The notes beneath the pieces are model-generated. The model was given only the letters and a program-made list of their open reading frames with translations, was not told where the DNA came from and searched no databases. From an uncultured Methanosarcinales archaeon (GTDB lineage: Archaea; Nanobdellota; Nanobdellia; Woesearchaeales; JAGWAF01), in assembly GCA_964597775.1 (NCBI GenBank), contig CAZQZJ010000001.1, positions 6,033 through 70,032 on the forward strand: a stretch of DNA of 64,000 nt, read 5' to 3'. Shown here piece after piece: positions 37,687 through 47,442 of this stretch (its first letter is position 1; every line of letters begins with the position of its first letter). A program made the position numbers and the translations under genes.

Positions 37687-38292
37687 CTATGTTTCCCTAG
37701 CAAATGATCCTGTAGTATGAAGCATTGTTTTTGCTGTGTCAGTAGCTACACCAATGGAAAGAAGAAACTTGTGAAGGTCATGTGGGCTGCGCATGTGAAT
37801 TGGAAAATGTGCAAAGCTTGCTAAAAGCATAGGTGTTTCATATTTTCTGCAGAGTTTGATGTTTTGCAGTATTCGTCCAAGAATAATGCTGCGTTGTGGT
37901 GGATCTGCCAAAAGTAAGGATTCGAAACTATATCCTATTACAATCTTTTTTTTGGTAAGAATGTTGCAGAGAACATGGTTAAGCCCAGATGCGCGATGGT
38001 GGATATAATCGCGTCGCTGTTTTATCTCAAGATCATAAAGAATATGAAAACCTCCTTGTTCAATATCAGATCGATCATCACCTGTGCTTTGGTGAATAAT
38101 AATAGGTGCTTGACGATTCGTGCTTGCCCATAAAAGAGTAAAATTCTTTTGGAATTTTGTCCTGAGCTGTTGCAGTTGCTGTGCTTCACTTGGGTTCTTA
38201 TAAAAAAAACAAAGTCCCCTCCAGCCTAGACACTGTGCCATGGCAACAAATTCGTGCTCATTGTGGTTTGGGAAAACAATATCGATATGCAT
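37687..38292 (-). CDS. rnp3: RNase P protein component 3 (Rpp30 family)
   Basis: 201 aa. The C-terminal signature ASFAHFPIHMRSPHDLHKFLLSIGVATDTAKTMLHTT matches the Rpp30 motif (SSAAERPLEIRGPYDV..LGL..SDAK in human Rpp30). The N-terminus MHIDIVFP...EFVAMAQCLGWRGLCFF matches fxDL..lv..A..LGYsvvAi. Confidence 0.6.
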   Translation of the reverse strand: MHIDIVFPNHNEHEFVAMAQCLGWRGLCFFYKNPSEAQQLQQLRTKFQKNFTLLWASTNRQAPIIIHQSTGDDRSDIEQGGFHILYDLEIKQRRDYIHHRASGLNHVLCNILTKKKIVIGYSFESLLLADPPQRSIILGRILQNIKLCRKYETPMLLASFAHFPIHMRSPHDLHKFLLSIGVATDTAKTMLHTTGSFARET

Positions 38293-38447
38293 ATCTTGGG
38301 AATAATTATTGTGCTTTATATGGCTTGGGGTGAACGCAGTTTCTCATGCCTACTTCTTGGCTCATGGCGAATCTGCTGTTCAAGCAGTTACAAGAGTATC
38401 TCATACCTGCTTTTGTAAAGGATGCTAAAAAAAGATATCATGAAAAA

Positions 38448-38630
38448 AGAAATAAAGAAATTACCTGAAAACTGACCATCCCACCACCCCCCCCTCGCTT
38501 CGTTCACTCCGCAGCAAGCTGCTTGGTATTGGTCAGTTTTCTTGCTTGCGTGACCAGCAATTTCTAATTTCAGAATTGTGTTGTACAACCATAGCAGAGC
38601 TACGAAGTATTGAACCCAATTCTGAAATAA
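38448..38630. repeat. intergenic repeat family R1, copy 1 (two perfectly conserved hairpins)
   Basis: About 90% identical to 45308..45480. Hairpin 1 is gaaaactgacca...tggtcagttttc (12-bp stem). Hairpin 2 is atttcagaat...attctgaaat (10-bp stem). The GC-rich loop is cttcgcttcgttcactccgcagcaagctg. Confidence 0.55.
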
Positions 38631-38684
38631 TGTTTATGGAGAATCCTGTGATATTTAATTTTTTATAATATTTTAAAGTATATT

Positions 38685-39575
38685 TCACACGTTTCGTGTG
38701 TGGATCATGATAGCGCAGGTCTTGCATGTTATTCCGCTTGTAGGTTCTCCACAATGCTGGCACGCATTAATCTGTTTATGAGAAGTGTACATTTCTTTAA
38801 GCATTGGAAGAAGGGATAAGAAATGGTTAATAATATTATATTTGATATTTGGATGTGTTATTTCTAAAGTATTAAGTTGGTCTTTTATATGTCTACGATA
38901 GGCATCAGTTGAACATGGGCAGTGGCCATAGGCAACAGGAAACTTCATGAGTTTAGAATATCTCTCAACCTCTGTATTGCGAATAAAATATAATGGTTTT
39001 ACTCTGGGAACAAATCGTGTATCCTTATGATTGCCAACTCGTGGTCCTAATCGTGCAGAAAGTTGGAGTGTGTTGCGAAGATAGTTCATCATAATAGCCT
39101 GGCATTCATCATCCATATTGTGTCCAGTAACTACTACATCAGCATTAAGATTGCGAGTATGGAGATTGATAAGATAACGTCTTGGTACGCCGCAGACAGT
39201 GCAGGATTTGACATTAAGCCCTTGTTGATTAAGGGTGTCTCGTAGATAACATACTGAGTATCCAAATTCAGTATAAAAATCCTTTGCTACTAAAGGGATA
39301 TCATATTGTTCACAAAACTTAGTAATATTAGTAAGATTTTGTTCAGTGTAACATCCAATATGCGTGTCAATAGTGAGTGCTGTGATTTTATATCCTAATT
39401 TTTTGAGAATGTAAAGAATTGTTGTTGAATCCTTGCCTCCACTTGCTGCAACAAGAATCTTCTTTGTGTTAGTCAGGAGTTGAAATTGGTCAATGGTATT
39501 TTTAACGCGTTCTTCAAATGCATAAACAAAGTCTGAATCATCTGCATTTAAGAAAAGGGGCGTGATCAATGACAT
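38685..39575 (-). CDS. PP-loop ATPase, tRNA thiolation enzyme (TtcA/NcsA-like)
   Basis: It has the SGGKDS PP-loop (ILVAASGGKDSTTILYIL) and C-terminal CxxC...CxxC (CQHCGEPTSGITCKTC). 296 aa. Confidence 0.6.
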   Translation of the reverse strand: MSLITPLFLNADDSDFVYAFEERVKNTIDQFQLLTNTKKILVAASGGKDSTTILYILKKLGYKITALTIDTHIGCYTEQNLTNITKFCEQYDIPLVAKDFYTEFGYSVCYLRDTLNQQGLNVKSCTVCGVPRRYLINLHTRNLNADVVVTGHNMDDECQAIMMNYLRNTLQLSARLGPRVGNHKDTRFVPRVKPLYFIRNTEVERYSKLMKFPVAYGHCPCSTDAYRRHIKDQLNTLEITHPNIKYNIINHFLSLLPMLKEMYTSHKQINACQHCGEPTSGITCKTCAIMIHTRNV

Positions 39576-39707
39576 GTGTGGTATAGAATAACCTTATTAT
39601 TATAAACATTCGTTGTACAAACGCGATATGTTTAAATATCTATAAAATATGGAAAATGGTTCGATGCCAATCCTTTTTGGATTGAAAAAATCTTCTCCAT
39701 TGGCAGT

Positions 39708-40109
39708 GTGAGTGAAGCAGATAGTTATAATTTATTTCATAAGATAATAAGGAAAAAAGAGGTGATTGGTGTGGAAAAACGCTGCCAGGTTTGTGATGAA
39801 GGGATATCAAATCCATTGTGTTCGCATTGTTTAGAAGAGGGATCTGCACAGTTTTTGGCTGATTATAAGCCAACCTTGGTTCCTTTGTTGCGTGCACGTC
39901 AGAGTATGTTTAGTGTATTTGTCGAGCCAGCATCAGTATGTATCAACTGCAAGGATGAGATGAAGGTCTGTCCGCATTGTTATTGTAAAGAGGTTGCCTT
40001 GTGGTTGTATGAAGACTATCCAGATATAGCGCAGCGATTTGTGCAGGTGTTTAATTATGATCTCAAAGCTCATGTTAATAAGCAAGAGTTTAGATTATTG
40101 CACGCGTAA
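39708..40109 (+). CDS. zinc-ribbon (4x CxxC) hypothetical protein
   Basis: CQVCDEG...CSHC...CINCKDEMKVCPHCYC. 133 aa. Confidence 0.4.
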   Translation: MSEADSYNLFHKIIRKKEVIGVEKRCQVCDEGISNPLCSHCLEEGSAQFLADYKPTLVPLLRARQSMFSVFVEPASVCINCKDEMKVCPHCYCKEVALWLYEDYPDIAQRFVQVFNYDLKAHVNKQEFRLLHA

Positions 40110-41225
40110 TTAAAGTGCTTTTAGTGTCTTATAAATCGAGGTGATATACTTAATAGTGTAGTCAATTTCTTCTTTTGTATTTTGAACACCTAGACTAAAA
40201 CGTAGTGATTGATGAATTTGAATAGGGGATATTCCCATTGCAATAAGAACATGGCTTGGTGTAAGAGTGTGTGAATCACAAGCAGATCCTAATGAACACG
40301 CAATGTCTTTGTCATCAAGTTGTTTGTACATAGCTTGTGCATCAATGCCTGGAAAGGTTAGATTCATAATATGGGATAATCTATTAGTGGGGTGTCCATT
40401 AAGGACAAGATTAGGAATTGCACAACGTAGTGATTCAAGAAAATAAGTGCTAAGATCTTTAAGATGTTTGATTTTCTCTATGCTAAATGTTTGTACTGCT
40501 GCTGCAAATCCTACAGCGCAAGCATGGTTTGGAGTTCCAGAGCGTCTTCCTCCTTCTTGTCCACCACCAAATAGTTGGGGTTGTGCATGTACACCATCAC
40601 GAATATAAAGCGCACCGATGCCTTTTGGTCCGTTGATCTTGTGTGCTGATAATGTGATAAGATCTGCAGATGATGCTTGTAATGAAGATTTGCTATAGCT
40701 TTGAGAAGCATCAGTGTGAAAAAGAATGCTGTGTTCTTTACAAATTTTATAAATAGTGTTAATTGGTTGAAATACCCCAGTCTCATTGTTTGCATGGGCA
40801 ATAGAAACAAGTGCTGTGTTAGTTTTAATTGCTTGTATCACATCTTTGGGATCAACAAGTCCATATGAGTCTACAGAAAGTATTGTAACCTCGCAATTAT
40901 TGTTTAGCATATTCTTGGCTGGTGCAAGAATTGAGCTGTGTTCTGTTGTTGTGATAATAATGTGTGGTCTTGGTTTAGTAAATGCAATATTAAGTGCAAG
41001 ATTATTGGATTCTGTTCCTCCAGAAGTAAAAATAATTTCGTGAGGTGATGCATTAAGGGATTGTGCAAGAATATTTCGTGCCCAGGAGAGTTGTTTTGCT
41101 GCTTCTAATCCAAATTGGTGAGTGCTAGAAGGGTTGCCAAAACAAGTTGAATAGCAAGGGATCATGGATGTAATTACATCTGGATCAATTGGGGTACTTG
41201 CAGCATTATCTAAATAAACTTTCAT
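40110..41225 (-). CDS. cysteine desulfurase (class V aminotransferase, IscS/NifS/SufS-like)
   Basis: It has the PLP-lysine motif SAHKINGPKGIGALYIR and the active-site region SSGSACDSH-like (CSLGSACDSHTLTPSHVLIAMG). 371 aa. Confidence 0.8.
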   Translation of the reverse strand: MKVYLDNAASTPIDPDVITSMIPCYSTCFGNPSSTHQFGLEAAKQLSWARNILAQSLNASPHEIIFTSGGTESNNLALNIAFTKPRPHIIITTTEHSSILAPAKNMLNNNCEVTILSVDSYGLVDPKDVIQAIKTNTALVSIAHANNETGVFQPINTIYKICKEHSILFHTDASQSYSKSSLQASSADLITLSAHKINGPKGIGALYIRDGVHAQPQLFGGGQEGGRRSGTPNHACAVGFAAAVQTFSIEKIKHLKDLSTYFLESLRCAIPNLVLNGHPTNRLSHIMNLTFPGIDAQAMYKQLDDKDIACSLGSACDSHTLTPSHVLIAMGISPIQIHQSLRFSLGVQNTKEEIDYTIKYITSIYKTLKAL

Positions 41226-41247
41226 AGTATTAGTGATTTAAATAACC

Positions 41248-41255
41248 TTTATAAA
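41248..41255 (+). promoter_or_regulatory. archaeal TATA box (tttataaa) about 23 nt upstream of the L34e ATG (leaderless transcript likely)
   Basis: The ccTTTATAAAtc motif at the canonical distance from the start codon. Similar boxes precede pheS and pan. Confidence 0.35.
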
Positions 41256-41277
41256 TCAGTCCTGGTTTCTCGAAGAT

Positions 41278-41541
41278 ATGGTTCGAGGATCTCAAAAATC
41301 AGGAACATACCGTAGAGTCATGCGTAGAACACCTGGTGGAAGAACAGTGTTGCGATTCCTTCCGCGAAATCCAAAAGTTGCATCATGCAGAAGTTGTGGA
41401 CAGGTTCTTCATGGTACTCCAAGAAAGCGGCCAAGAGAATTGTCTCGTCTTGCAAAAACGCAGCGCAGGCCTCAACGCCCATTTGGTGGTGTACTATGTT
41501 CTGCATGTTCACGTAAGACAATTATTGAGCATTCAAGATAA
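41278..41541 (+). CDS. rpl34e: ribosomal protein L34e
   Basis: MVRGSQKSGTYRRVMRRTPGGRTVLRF...CRSCGQVLHG...CSAC matches the L34e zinc-ribbon family. 87 aa. Confidence 0.75.
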   Translation: MVRGSQKSGTYRRVMRRTPGGRTVLRFLPRNPKVASCRSCGQVLHGTPRKRPRELSRLAKTQRRPQRPFGGVLCSACSRKTIIEHSR

Positions 41542-41611
41542 GAGTAATATGAATATTAAGATGATTACACTCCTGCTAATGTGCGGTGACGCTTAGCATG
41601 GATAAGGAGGT

Positions 41612-41941
41612 ATGAACATGATTGGAATTGGACAAGTGTGTGTTAAGATTGCTGGTAGAGATGCTGGTAAAAGATGTGTAGTTATAGATATGATAAATGC
41701 ACAGTATGCGCTAATTGATGGAGAAACTCGTCGAAGAAAATGTAATATTATCCATCTTGATCCTACTCTGGAACACTTAGATATTGAACAAAACGCACCA
41801 CGTGATGATCTTGTTGAATTATTTAAAAAAAAGGGTTGGGTAGTTAGGGATTCAAAACCAGATCAAAAGCCTGCACGGCCAGTGCGGGTTCGTAAAGAAA
41901 AACCAAAGAAGGAAGTAACAAAAGAAGAGAAAAAAGGTTGA
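41612..41941 (+). CDS. rpl14e: ribosomal protein L14e (KOW domain)
   Basis: IGQVCVKIAGRDAGKRCVVIDMI has the KOW motif. The C-terminal tail is Lys-rich. An SD-like ggaggt lies upstream. Confidence 0.7.
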   Translation: MNMIGIGQVCVKIAGRDAGKRCVVIDMINAQYALIDGETRRRKCNIIHLDPTLEHLDIEQNAPRDDLVELFKKKGWVVRDSKPDQKPARPVRVRKEKPKKEVTKEEKKG

Positions 41942-41942
41942 A

Positions 41943-42110
41943 ATGAAAAAATGGGAGCGCCCCTTTTGAACCCCTTTCTGCCTCGCTTACTCGGTGACCT
42001 CTGTTGAGGTAACCGTATCTTATTCGGCTGTGAAGTTGTATGGATGTGGTTACCATCATATCCAAACTCACCAAATTCAAACTCGCTGCGCTCGAGTTCC
42101 TTTCTGCTGA
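41943..42110. repeat. intergenic repeat family R2, copy A (atgaaaaaatgggagcgcccctttt ... ctcgagttcctttctgctg)
   Basis: Shares its 5' about 35 nt and 3' about 30 nt with 57271..57363. The central part holds an extra palindromic insert (ggtaacc...ggttacc). The 5' motif also occurs at 6151..6172. Confidence 0.4.
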
Positions 42111-42116
42111 TACCTT

Positions 42117-42122
42117 TTTATA
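42117..42122 (+). promoter_or_regulatory. archaeal TATA box (tttata) 23 nt upstream of the pheS ATG
   Basis: ccttTTTATAgata immediately upstream of the start. Confidence 0.35.
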
Positions 42123-42144
42123 GATATACTAAACTCATAAGCTT

Positions 42145-43662
42145 ATGAATATCAAAGAGCTTATCAACACTCTTCACCCATTAGAACGCAAGATTCTTCC
42201 TTTTCTTAAGCAAGGACAAACAGTTCATGATCTTATCAACTTGAGTGGTATGCAGGAAGTTGAGATTCTTCGTGCACTCCATTGGCTTGAAAATAAGGAT
42301 GTTCTTCACACCAAAAGCACACTTGCTGAATTTGTGAGCCTTGATAAGAATGGTGAACAGTATGCAAAAACAGGGCTTCCAGAGTGTATACTTCTTCATT
42401 TTCTTAAAAAAGGATCTTGTAATATTGCGCAAATAAAGAGTCAAACTAATCTTGATGATGAGGAGTTACAAGCTGCAGTTGGTGCACTTCGAAAGCGTAT
42501 GCTTATTCTCTTTGATTCTGACAAGAAGATAGGGTTAACTCCAGCAGGATTGTCAGTAAAAGAGCTTATGGAGGATCAGTTTCTTTCAAGATTATTAAGG
42601 CAAGGTCCTGTTGATATAAGTACGCTTTTGCCGCATGAAAAACATGCGCTTGAATTGCTTAAGAAACGTAAAGAGATTATTAAATGTAAGATAATCAAAA
42701 AAATTGAGTTTACTTTTACAGAGGTTGGAAGAGAATTATTGTCAGTAGACTTGATTTTTGAAAATGTTATTGATTCCATTACACCTGGCATGCTTGCTCA
42801 GGGTGGTTGGAAAAATAAAACTTTTAGATCATATGATGTTGTTATGAATGTGCCACAATTAAATTTTGGTAGGCGACATCATTATCTTAGTTTTCTTGAT
42901 GATGTTCGCAAGAGATTCATTGCTCTTGGTTTTACTGAGATGAGTGGTCCTCTTGTTGAAAGCGAATTTTGGGATATGGATGCTTTGTTTATGCCTCAGT
43001 TTCACTCTGCGCGTGATATCCATCAAGCATATTATATTAAAGAACCTGCATATGGTGAAGTAGATCCAAAGATCCTTAAACGTGTAAAAGAAGCTCATGA
43101 AAATGGGGGTATACCTAATAGTAAGGGTTGGAAGTACAGATTTGATGTACAAAGAACCAAGCAATTGCTTTTGAGAACGCAGGGTACAGCATGTTCAGCA
43201 CGCATGCTTGCCTCAAAAAATCTTATGATTCCAGGCAAATATTTTGGTATTGCAAAATGTTTTCGATATGATGTTATTGATGCAACCCATCTCCCAGATT
43301 TTTTTCAAACTGAAGGTATTGTTGTTGAAGAAGGGCTTAATTTTCAACATCTCAAGGGGCTTCTTAAGCTCTTTGCAGAGGAATTTGCAAAGACAAGTGA
43401 TATTCGTGTTAAACCAGGTTATTTTCCCTTTACTGAACCAAGTTGTGAGTTATATGCGAAACATCCAGAACTTGGATGGATTGAGCTTGGAGGTGCAGGT
43501 ATCTTTCGTCCAGAGCTTACTTCAGCTCTTGGTGTTAGCGTTCCAGTTATAGCTTGGGGTCTTGGAATTGATCGTATTGGTATGTTTAATATGGGTGTTA
43601 AAGATATTCGTACACTTTATACTTCTGATCTTTCTATACTGCGTAATATAAAGGTGGTCTAG
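42145..43662 (+). CDS. pheS: phenylalanine--tRNA ligase alpha subunit (archaeal type)
   Basis: Class II aaRS motifs are present (FDVVMNVPQLNFGRRHHYLSF...FMPQFHSARD, GGAGIFRPEL...GLGIDRI). 505 aa with an N-terminal winged-helix extension typical of archaeal or eukaryal PheS. Confidence 0.85.
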   Translation: MNIKELINTLHPLERKILPFLKQGQTVHDLINLSGMQEVEILRALHWLENKDVLHTKSTLAEFVSLDKNGEQYAKTGLPECILLHFLKKGSCNIAQIKSQTNLDDEELQAAVGALRKRMLILFDSDKKIGLTPAGLSVKELMEDQFLSRLLRQGPVDISTLLPHEKHALELLKKRKEIIKCKIIKKIEFTFTEVGRELLSVDLIFENVIDSITPGMLAQGGWKNKTFRSYDVVMNVPQLNFGRRHHYLSFLDDVRKRFIALGFTEMSGPLVESEFWDMDALFMPQFHSARDIHQAYYIKEPAYGEVDPKILKRVKEAHENGGIPNSKGWKYRFDVQRTKQLLLRTQGTACSARMLASKNLMIPGKYFGIAKCFRYDVIDATHLPDFFQTEGIVVEEGLNFQHLKGLLKLFAEEFAKTSDIRVKPGYFPFTEPSCELYAKHPELGWIELGGAGIFRPELTSALGVSVPVIAWGLGIDRIGMFNMGVKDIRTLYTSDLSILRNIKVV

Positions 43663-45333
43663 ATGCCAACTATTGACTGCTCACTTAAGGATATCAATTA
43701 TCTCATTGGAAAGAAACTCTCTATTAAAGCTATTGAAGAGCTACTTGTTTATGCAAAAGCTGAGATTGAATTCTTTGATAATATTGACACGTTGCGTATC
43801 AAATTTGAAGATACAAATCAACCATACTTGTGGAGCACAGAGGGTATGGCACGGCTCTTTAGGGGCATTCTTAACATCAAAACAGGAATTGGTGATTACA
43901 CAGCAAAGCCAAGTAAGGATAAGATTATCATTGATAAAAGTGTACAGCATATAAGGCCTTATATTGCAGCATTCAGCGCATCAGGCCCGGCAATTACTGA
44001 TGCTTTTATTAGACAACTTATTCAATTCCAGGAAAAACTTTGTGAAGGATATGGAATGAAACGTAGGAAAGTAAGTATTGGTGTCTATCGTTACAAAGAT
44101 ATCACATTTCCAGTTACGTACAAAACTGTCGTTCCTACATCAATCAAGTTTATTCCTCTTGGAGGTACTAAACCTCTTAATTTGACTGAAATACTTAAAT
44201 TGCATCCAACTGGACAATCGTATGCTTGGATTCTTGATAACTGTGCAATGTATCCGCTTCTTATTGATGCTAGAAATGCTGTTCTCTCATTTCCTCCAAT
44301 TATTAATTCAGATCATCTTGGTAAGATTAAAGTAGGTGATACAGATCTTCTTGTGGAACTTACTGGAATAGATCTTGATGCATTGCATCTTGTTTGTAAT
44401 ATTCTTGCTGCAGCATTTGTTGATCGTGGATGGTATGTGTCTAGTATCAAAACTGTGTATGATAACTATGTAGATATCACCCCATCATTTAAAACAGAAA
44501 CAATAATGCTTGAGCCAGCAAGTGTTTTCTCTTCCTTAGGTATTAATCTTACTTCGCCAGAACTTGTTAAACTCCTTGAACGCATGCGTTATGGAACTAG
44601 GGGAAAACGTGTAATCATTCCTAGTTATAGAGGAGATGTCATGCATCCTATTGATGTTATTGAAGATGTTGCTATTGCTTATGGATATAATAATATTCCA
44701 AATAAACCACTCCAAACATATACTGTTGGTGAGAGTAAGTCTACTGTTAAGTTCATTGACGCGTGTCGAGATGTGCTTGTTGGTATGCAGTTTCAGGAGA
44801 TACTTAGTCCGATTCTTTCATCAAAAGCATTGCTTTATACTAAGATGAATCATCCAGATAATGGTACTGTTGAACTTAGGGAGTATAAATCAGAAAATTA
44901 TAGTGTGCTGCGTACATGGATTCTTCCATTGCTTATGGATTGTATATCACAAAATAAGCATAATACCACTCCGCAGTGCATTTTTGAAACTGGCGAGGTA
45001 TCGAATAGGAAAGGTAAAACGATTATTGATTCTAATCATTTTGCATTTGCAATGGCTGATGCAAATGTAGATTATACTAAAGCAAAGCAAGTTGTTGATG
45101 CCTTGATGCGCGCACTTGATATTTCTTATAGTACTTCTCCTGCACTTCATCCTTCTTTTACTCCAGGAAGATGTGCAGAGATTCTTGTTCAGGGGGAATC
45201 TTTTGGTTATGTAGGTGAAATTTATCCTGGTGTTCTTGACACATTTGAGATTCGTACGCCTGTTGTTGGATCTGAAATTAATCTTACAAAACTCTTTGAT
45301 AAAAAAAAAATAAAGAAGTTGCCTGAAAACTGA
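43663..45333 (+). CDS. pheT: phenylalanine--tRNA ligase beta subunit (archaeal type)
   Basis: 556 aa, starting 1 nt after the pheS stop. B3/4 and B5 domain layout. The 3' end overlaps repeat R1 copy 2. Confidence 0.85.
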   Translation: MPTIDCSLKDINYLIGKKLSIKAIEELLVYAKAEIEFFDNIDTLRIKFEDTNQPYLWSTEGMARLFRGILNIKTGIGDYTAKPSKDKIIIDKSVQHIRPYIAAFSASGPAITDAFIRQLIQFQEKLCEGYGMKRRKVSIGVYRYKDITFPVTYKTVVPTSIKFIPLGGTKPLNLTEILKLHPTGQSYAWILDNCAMYPLLIDARNAVLSFPPIINSDHLGKIKVGDTDLLVELTGIDLDALHLVCNILAAAFVDRGWYVSSIKTVYDNYVDITPSFKTETIMLEPASVFSSLGINLTSPELVKLLERMRYGTRGKRVIIPSYRGDVMHPIDVIEDVAIAYGYNNIPNKPLQTYTVGESKSTVKFIDACRDVLVGMQFQEILSPILSSKALLYTKMNHPDNGTVELREYKSENYSVLRTWILPLLMDCISQNKHNTTPQCIFETGEVSNRKGKTIIDSNHFAFAMADANVDYTKAKQVVDALMRALDISYSTSPALHPSFTPGRCAEILVQGESFGYVGEIYPGVLDTFEIRTPVVGSEINLTKLFDKKKIKKLPEN

Positions 45334-45480
45334 CCATCCCACCCTTCGCTTCGTTCACTCCGCAGCAAGCTGTGTGGTATTGGTCAGTTTTCTAGATTCG
45401 CGACAGGCAATTTCTAATTTCAGAATCGTGTTGTGCAACCGTAGCAGAGCTGTGGGGTATTGAACCCAATTCTGAAATAA
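45308..45480. repeat. intergenic repeat family R1, copy 2
   Basis: It starts within the last about 25 nt of pheT (aaataaagaagttgcctgaaaactgacc). It has the same two perfect hairpin stems as copy 1. Confidence 0.55.
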
Positions 45481-45486
45481 AGAAAC

Positions 45487-46290
45487 TCACTTTATAGGCT
45501 TCATATTTTTCCAGGCATTATCAAAAAGTGCCTCAACAGCAGATGAGAAAAAAGGAGTATTAACCCACACACCAATATCATAAGTAGGATGAACATCTTT
45601 ATCATCAAGAACCATGAAAACCATTTCTTTTCCATCAATAATAGTAAACCGTGCACGTGCATCAGTGTGCCTTATTTCTGCATAAGGCGATAATTCGTTT
45701 AACACTGTTTTGGAATCCTTACCAAATGGCGCTGCAATGCGAATACGCACTCCTTTTTTCTTAAGTTTTTCAAAGACTGATTTAAGCGAATCAGATTTGC
45801 GTAGCAAACCTTGCGTTGTGGTCATAAGTGTTACGCTTTTTTGCGCGTTTTTGATTGAAAGTTCAAGATGTGCATACAGGTTTTGCCTTCCGCGTAGCGA
45901 GCCTGAGAGTTCTGTAGGGTCTATGAGCTCAACGCCTTGATTATGAAGTGCAGAGAGTTCTTCAATAACATCTGTGTTTTTGAGTTCTTCGAGTCTTTTA
46001 ACACGTTCTTCTGCCTCTGTTTTAGTATTTTTCTTGACACGTTCTACAACCTCTGATGGTGGAACTGCAATATATTTTATTGGTTTGCCAAGTTTCATAA
46101 TTACAAATCCGCGTTTTTCAAGCGATTCAAGCACATCGTATGCTCTGGATCTTGGAACATCAGCAATATCTGAAAGTTCGCCTGCTGCAGAAACTCCTCG
46201 AGACAAAAGCGCAGCCCAGATTTTGACTTCGTATAAATTCAGATTAAAGAGTCGGCGTAGTTTTGATAAAAATTCGTCTTTGACAAGCAT
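45487..46290 (-). CDS. TrmB-family transcriptional regulator
   Basis: The N-terminal wHTH (LYEVKIWAALLSRGVSAAGELSDIADVPRSRAYDVLESLEKRGFV) is followed by a C-terminal effector domain. 267 aa. Confidence 0.7.
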   Translation of the reverse strand: MLVKDEFLSKLRRLFNLNLYEVKIWAALLSRGVSAAGELSDIADVPRSRAYDVLESLEKRGFVIMKLGKPIKYIAVPPSEVVERVKKNTKTEAEERVKRLEELKNTDVIEELSALHNQGVELIDPTELSGSLRGRQNLYAHLELSIKNAQKSVTLMTTTQGLLRKSDSLKSVFEKLKKKGVRIRIAAPFGKDSKTVLNELSPYAEIRHTDARARFTIIDGKEMVFMVLDDKDVHPTYDIGVWVNTPFFSSAVEALFDNAWKNMKPIK

Positions 46291-46467
46291 GGTGATGATT
46301 CCCCCTTTCTTGATTAAGTGGTCGTACGTTGTGGTATTATTAATATATTTCTGTTTTTGTTATATGTTGTTGTTGTTTTATGATTAAATATCAAACTTCT
46401 ACTTGGTAGTAATGATCACCTCACACCTATTTAAGGGTTGCTCCTGCAAAGCTATTTATAGACGAAA

Positions 46468-47442
46468 ATGATGATTTTATTAATGGATATGATTCGCACT
46501 ATTTATAAAAAGGCACAGCAAAACCCGGCAAAGATTATTTTTCCAGAATCAGATGACAAGAGAATATGTAAAGCAGTAGAAATCATTGCTGCAAAAGGAT
46601 TGGCTCATCCAATCCTCCTTGACTCTTTCCCATCAATTATCAAGATTCCTAAGAGTTTGCAAAATAAAATAACAATTATTGGTACTGATTTGTCTACTAG
46701 AAAAAAGTGTTGTGATCTGCTTGTAAGATTACGCAAGCATAAAGGAATGAGTAAGGAACAAGCAAGTAAATTATGTCAAGATAGGTTATGGCTTTCAATG
46801 TTGTTATTGCAGCAACAACGTGCTGATGCTTTGATTGCAAGTGCACAATATACAACTGCGCAAACCATGCGCGCAGCACTTAAAATAATTGGGTCACGAG
46901 AAAAAGTAACAAGCTGTTTTTTGATGTTGGTAAAAAAGAAGCCGTATCTCTTTGCTGATCCATCAGTGGTCATTGATCCAACAGCAGAGGAGTTAGCAAG
47001 AATTGCGATCATGGTTGGAAACTTTGCTAAGAAATTAGGAATGCATCCTAAAATAGCTATGTTATCATTTTCAACGCATAATTCTGCGCAACACCTTTTT
47101 GTTGATAAAATAGTGCAAGCAACTAAATTAGTCAAAAAGTATGATTCGAGTTTTGTTGTTGATGGTGAAATTCAAGTTGATGCTGCGATTGTTCCTTCAG
47201 TTGCACAGATAAAATGTCCAGATTCGCCGCTTAAAGGTTGTGCAAATGTGCTTATTTTTCCTGATATTAATGCAGGGAATATTGGGTATAAATTGGTAGA
47301 ACGATTAGGTAATGCACAGGCAATAGGGCCGATTATTTTAGGTCTTAATAGGCAGGTTAATGTATTGTCACGAGGGTGTAGTGTTAAAGATATTGTTGAT
47401 CTTGCTGCAATAAGCAGTGTTCAAATTGGGATGTGGTCTTAA
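46468..47442 (+). CDS. pta: phosphate acetyltransferase (short Pta/PtaB-type phosphate acyltransferase)
   Basis: It has the C-terminal GxNRxVNVLSRGCSVKDIVDLAAI motif and a middle motif ALIASAQYTTAQTMRAALKIIG. The probable real start is the internal Met (MIRTIYKK) given a tttata box at 46455. Confidence 0.7.
   Translation: MMILLMDMIRTIYKKAQQNPAKIIFPESDDKRICKAVEIIAAKGLAHPILLDSFPSIIKIPKSLQNKITIIGTDLSTRKKCCDLLVRLRKHKGMSKEQASKLCQDRLWLSMLLLQQQRADALIASAQYTTAQTMRAALKIIGSREKVTSCFLMLVKKKPYLFADPSVVIDPTAEELARIAIMVGNFAKKLGMHPKIAMLSFSTHNSAQHLFVDKIVQATKLVKKYDSSFVVDGEIQVDAAIVPSVAQIKCPDSPLKGCANVLIFPDINAGNIGYKLVERLGNAQAIGPIILGLNRQVNVLSRGCSVKDIVDLAAISSVQIGMWS

Noticed and set aside
38448-45480. R1 direct repeats as att sites flanking an integrated element
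   Set aside because: The 7-kb interior contains only housekeeping genes (tRNA thiolation enzyme, cysteine desulfurase, L34e, L14e, pheS, pheT). It has no integrase, transposase or cargo genes. The repeat more likely marks an RNA or terminator module.
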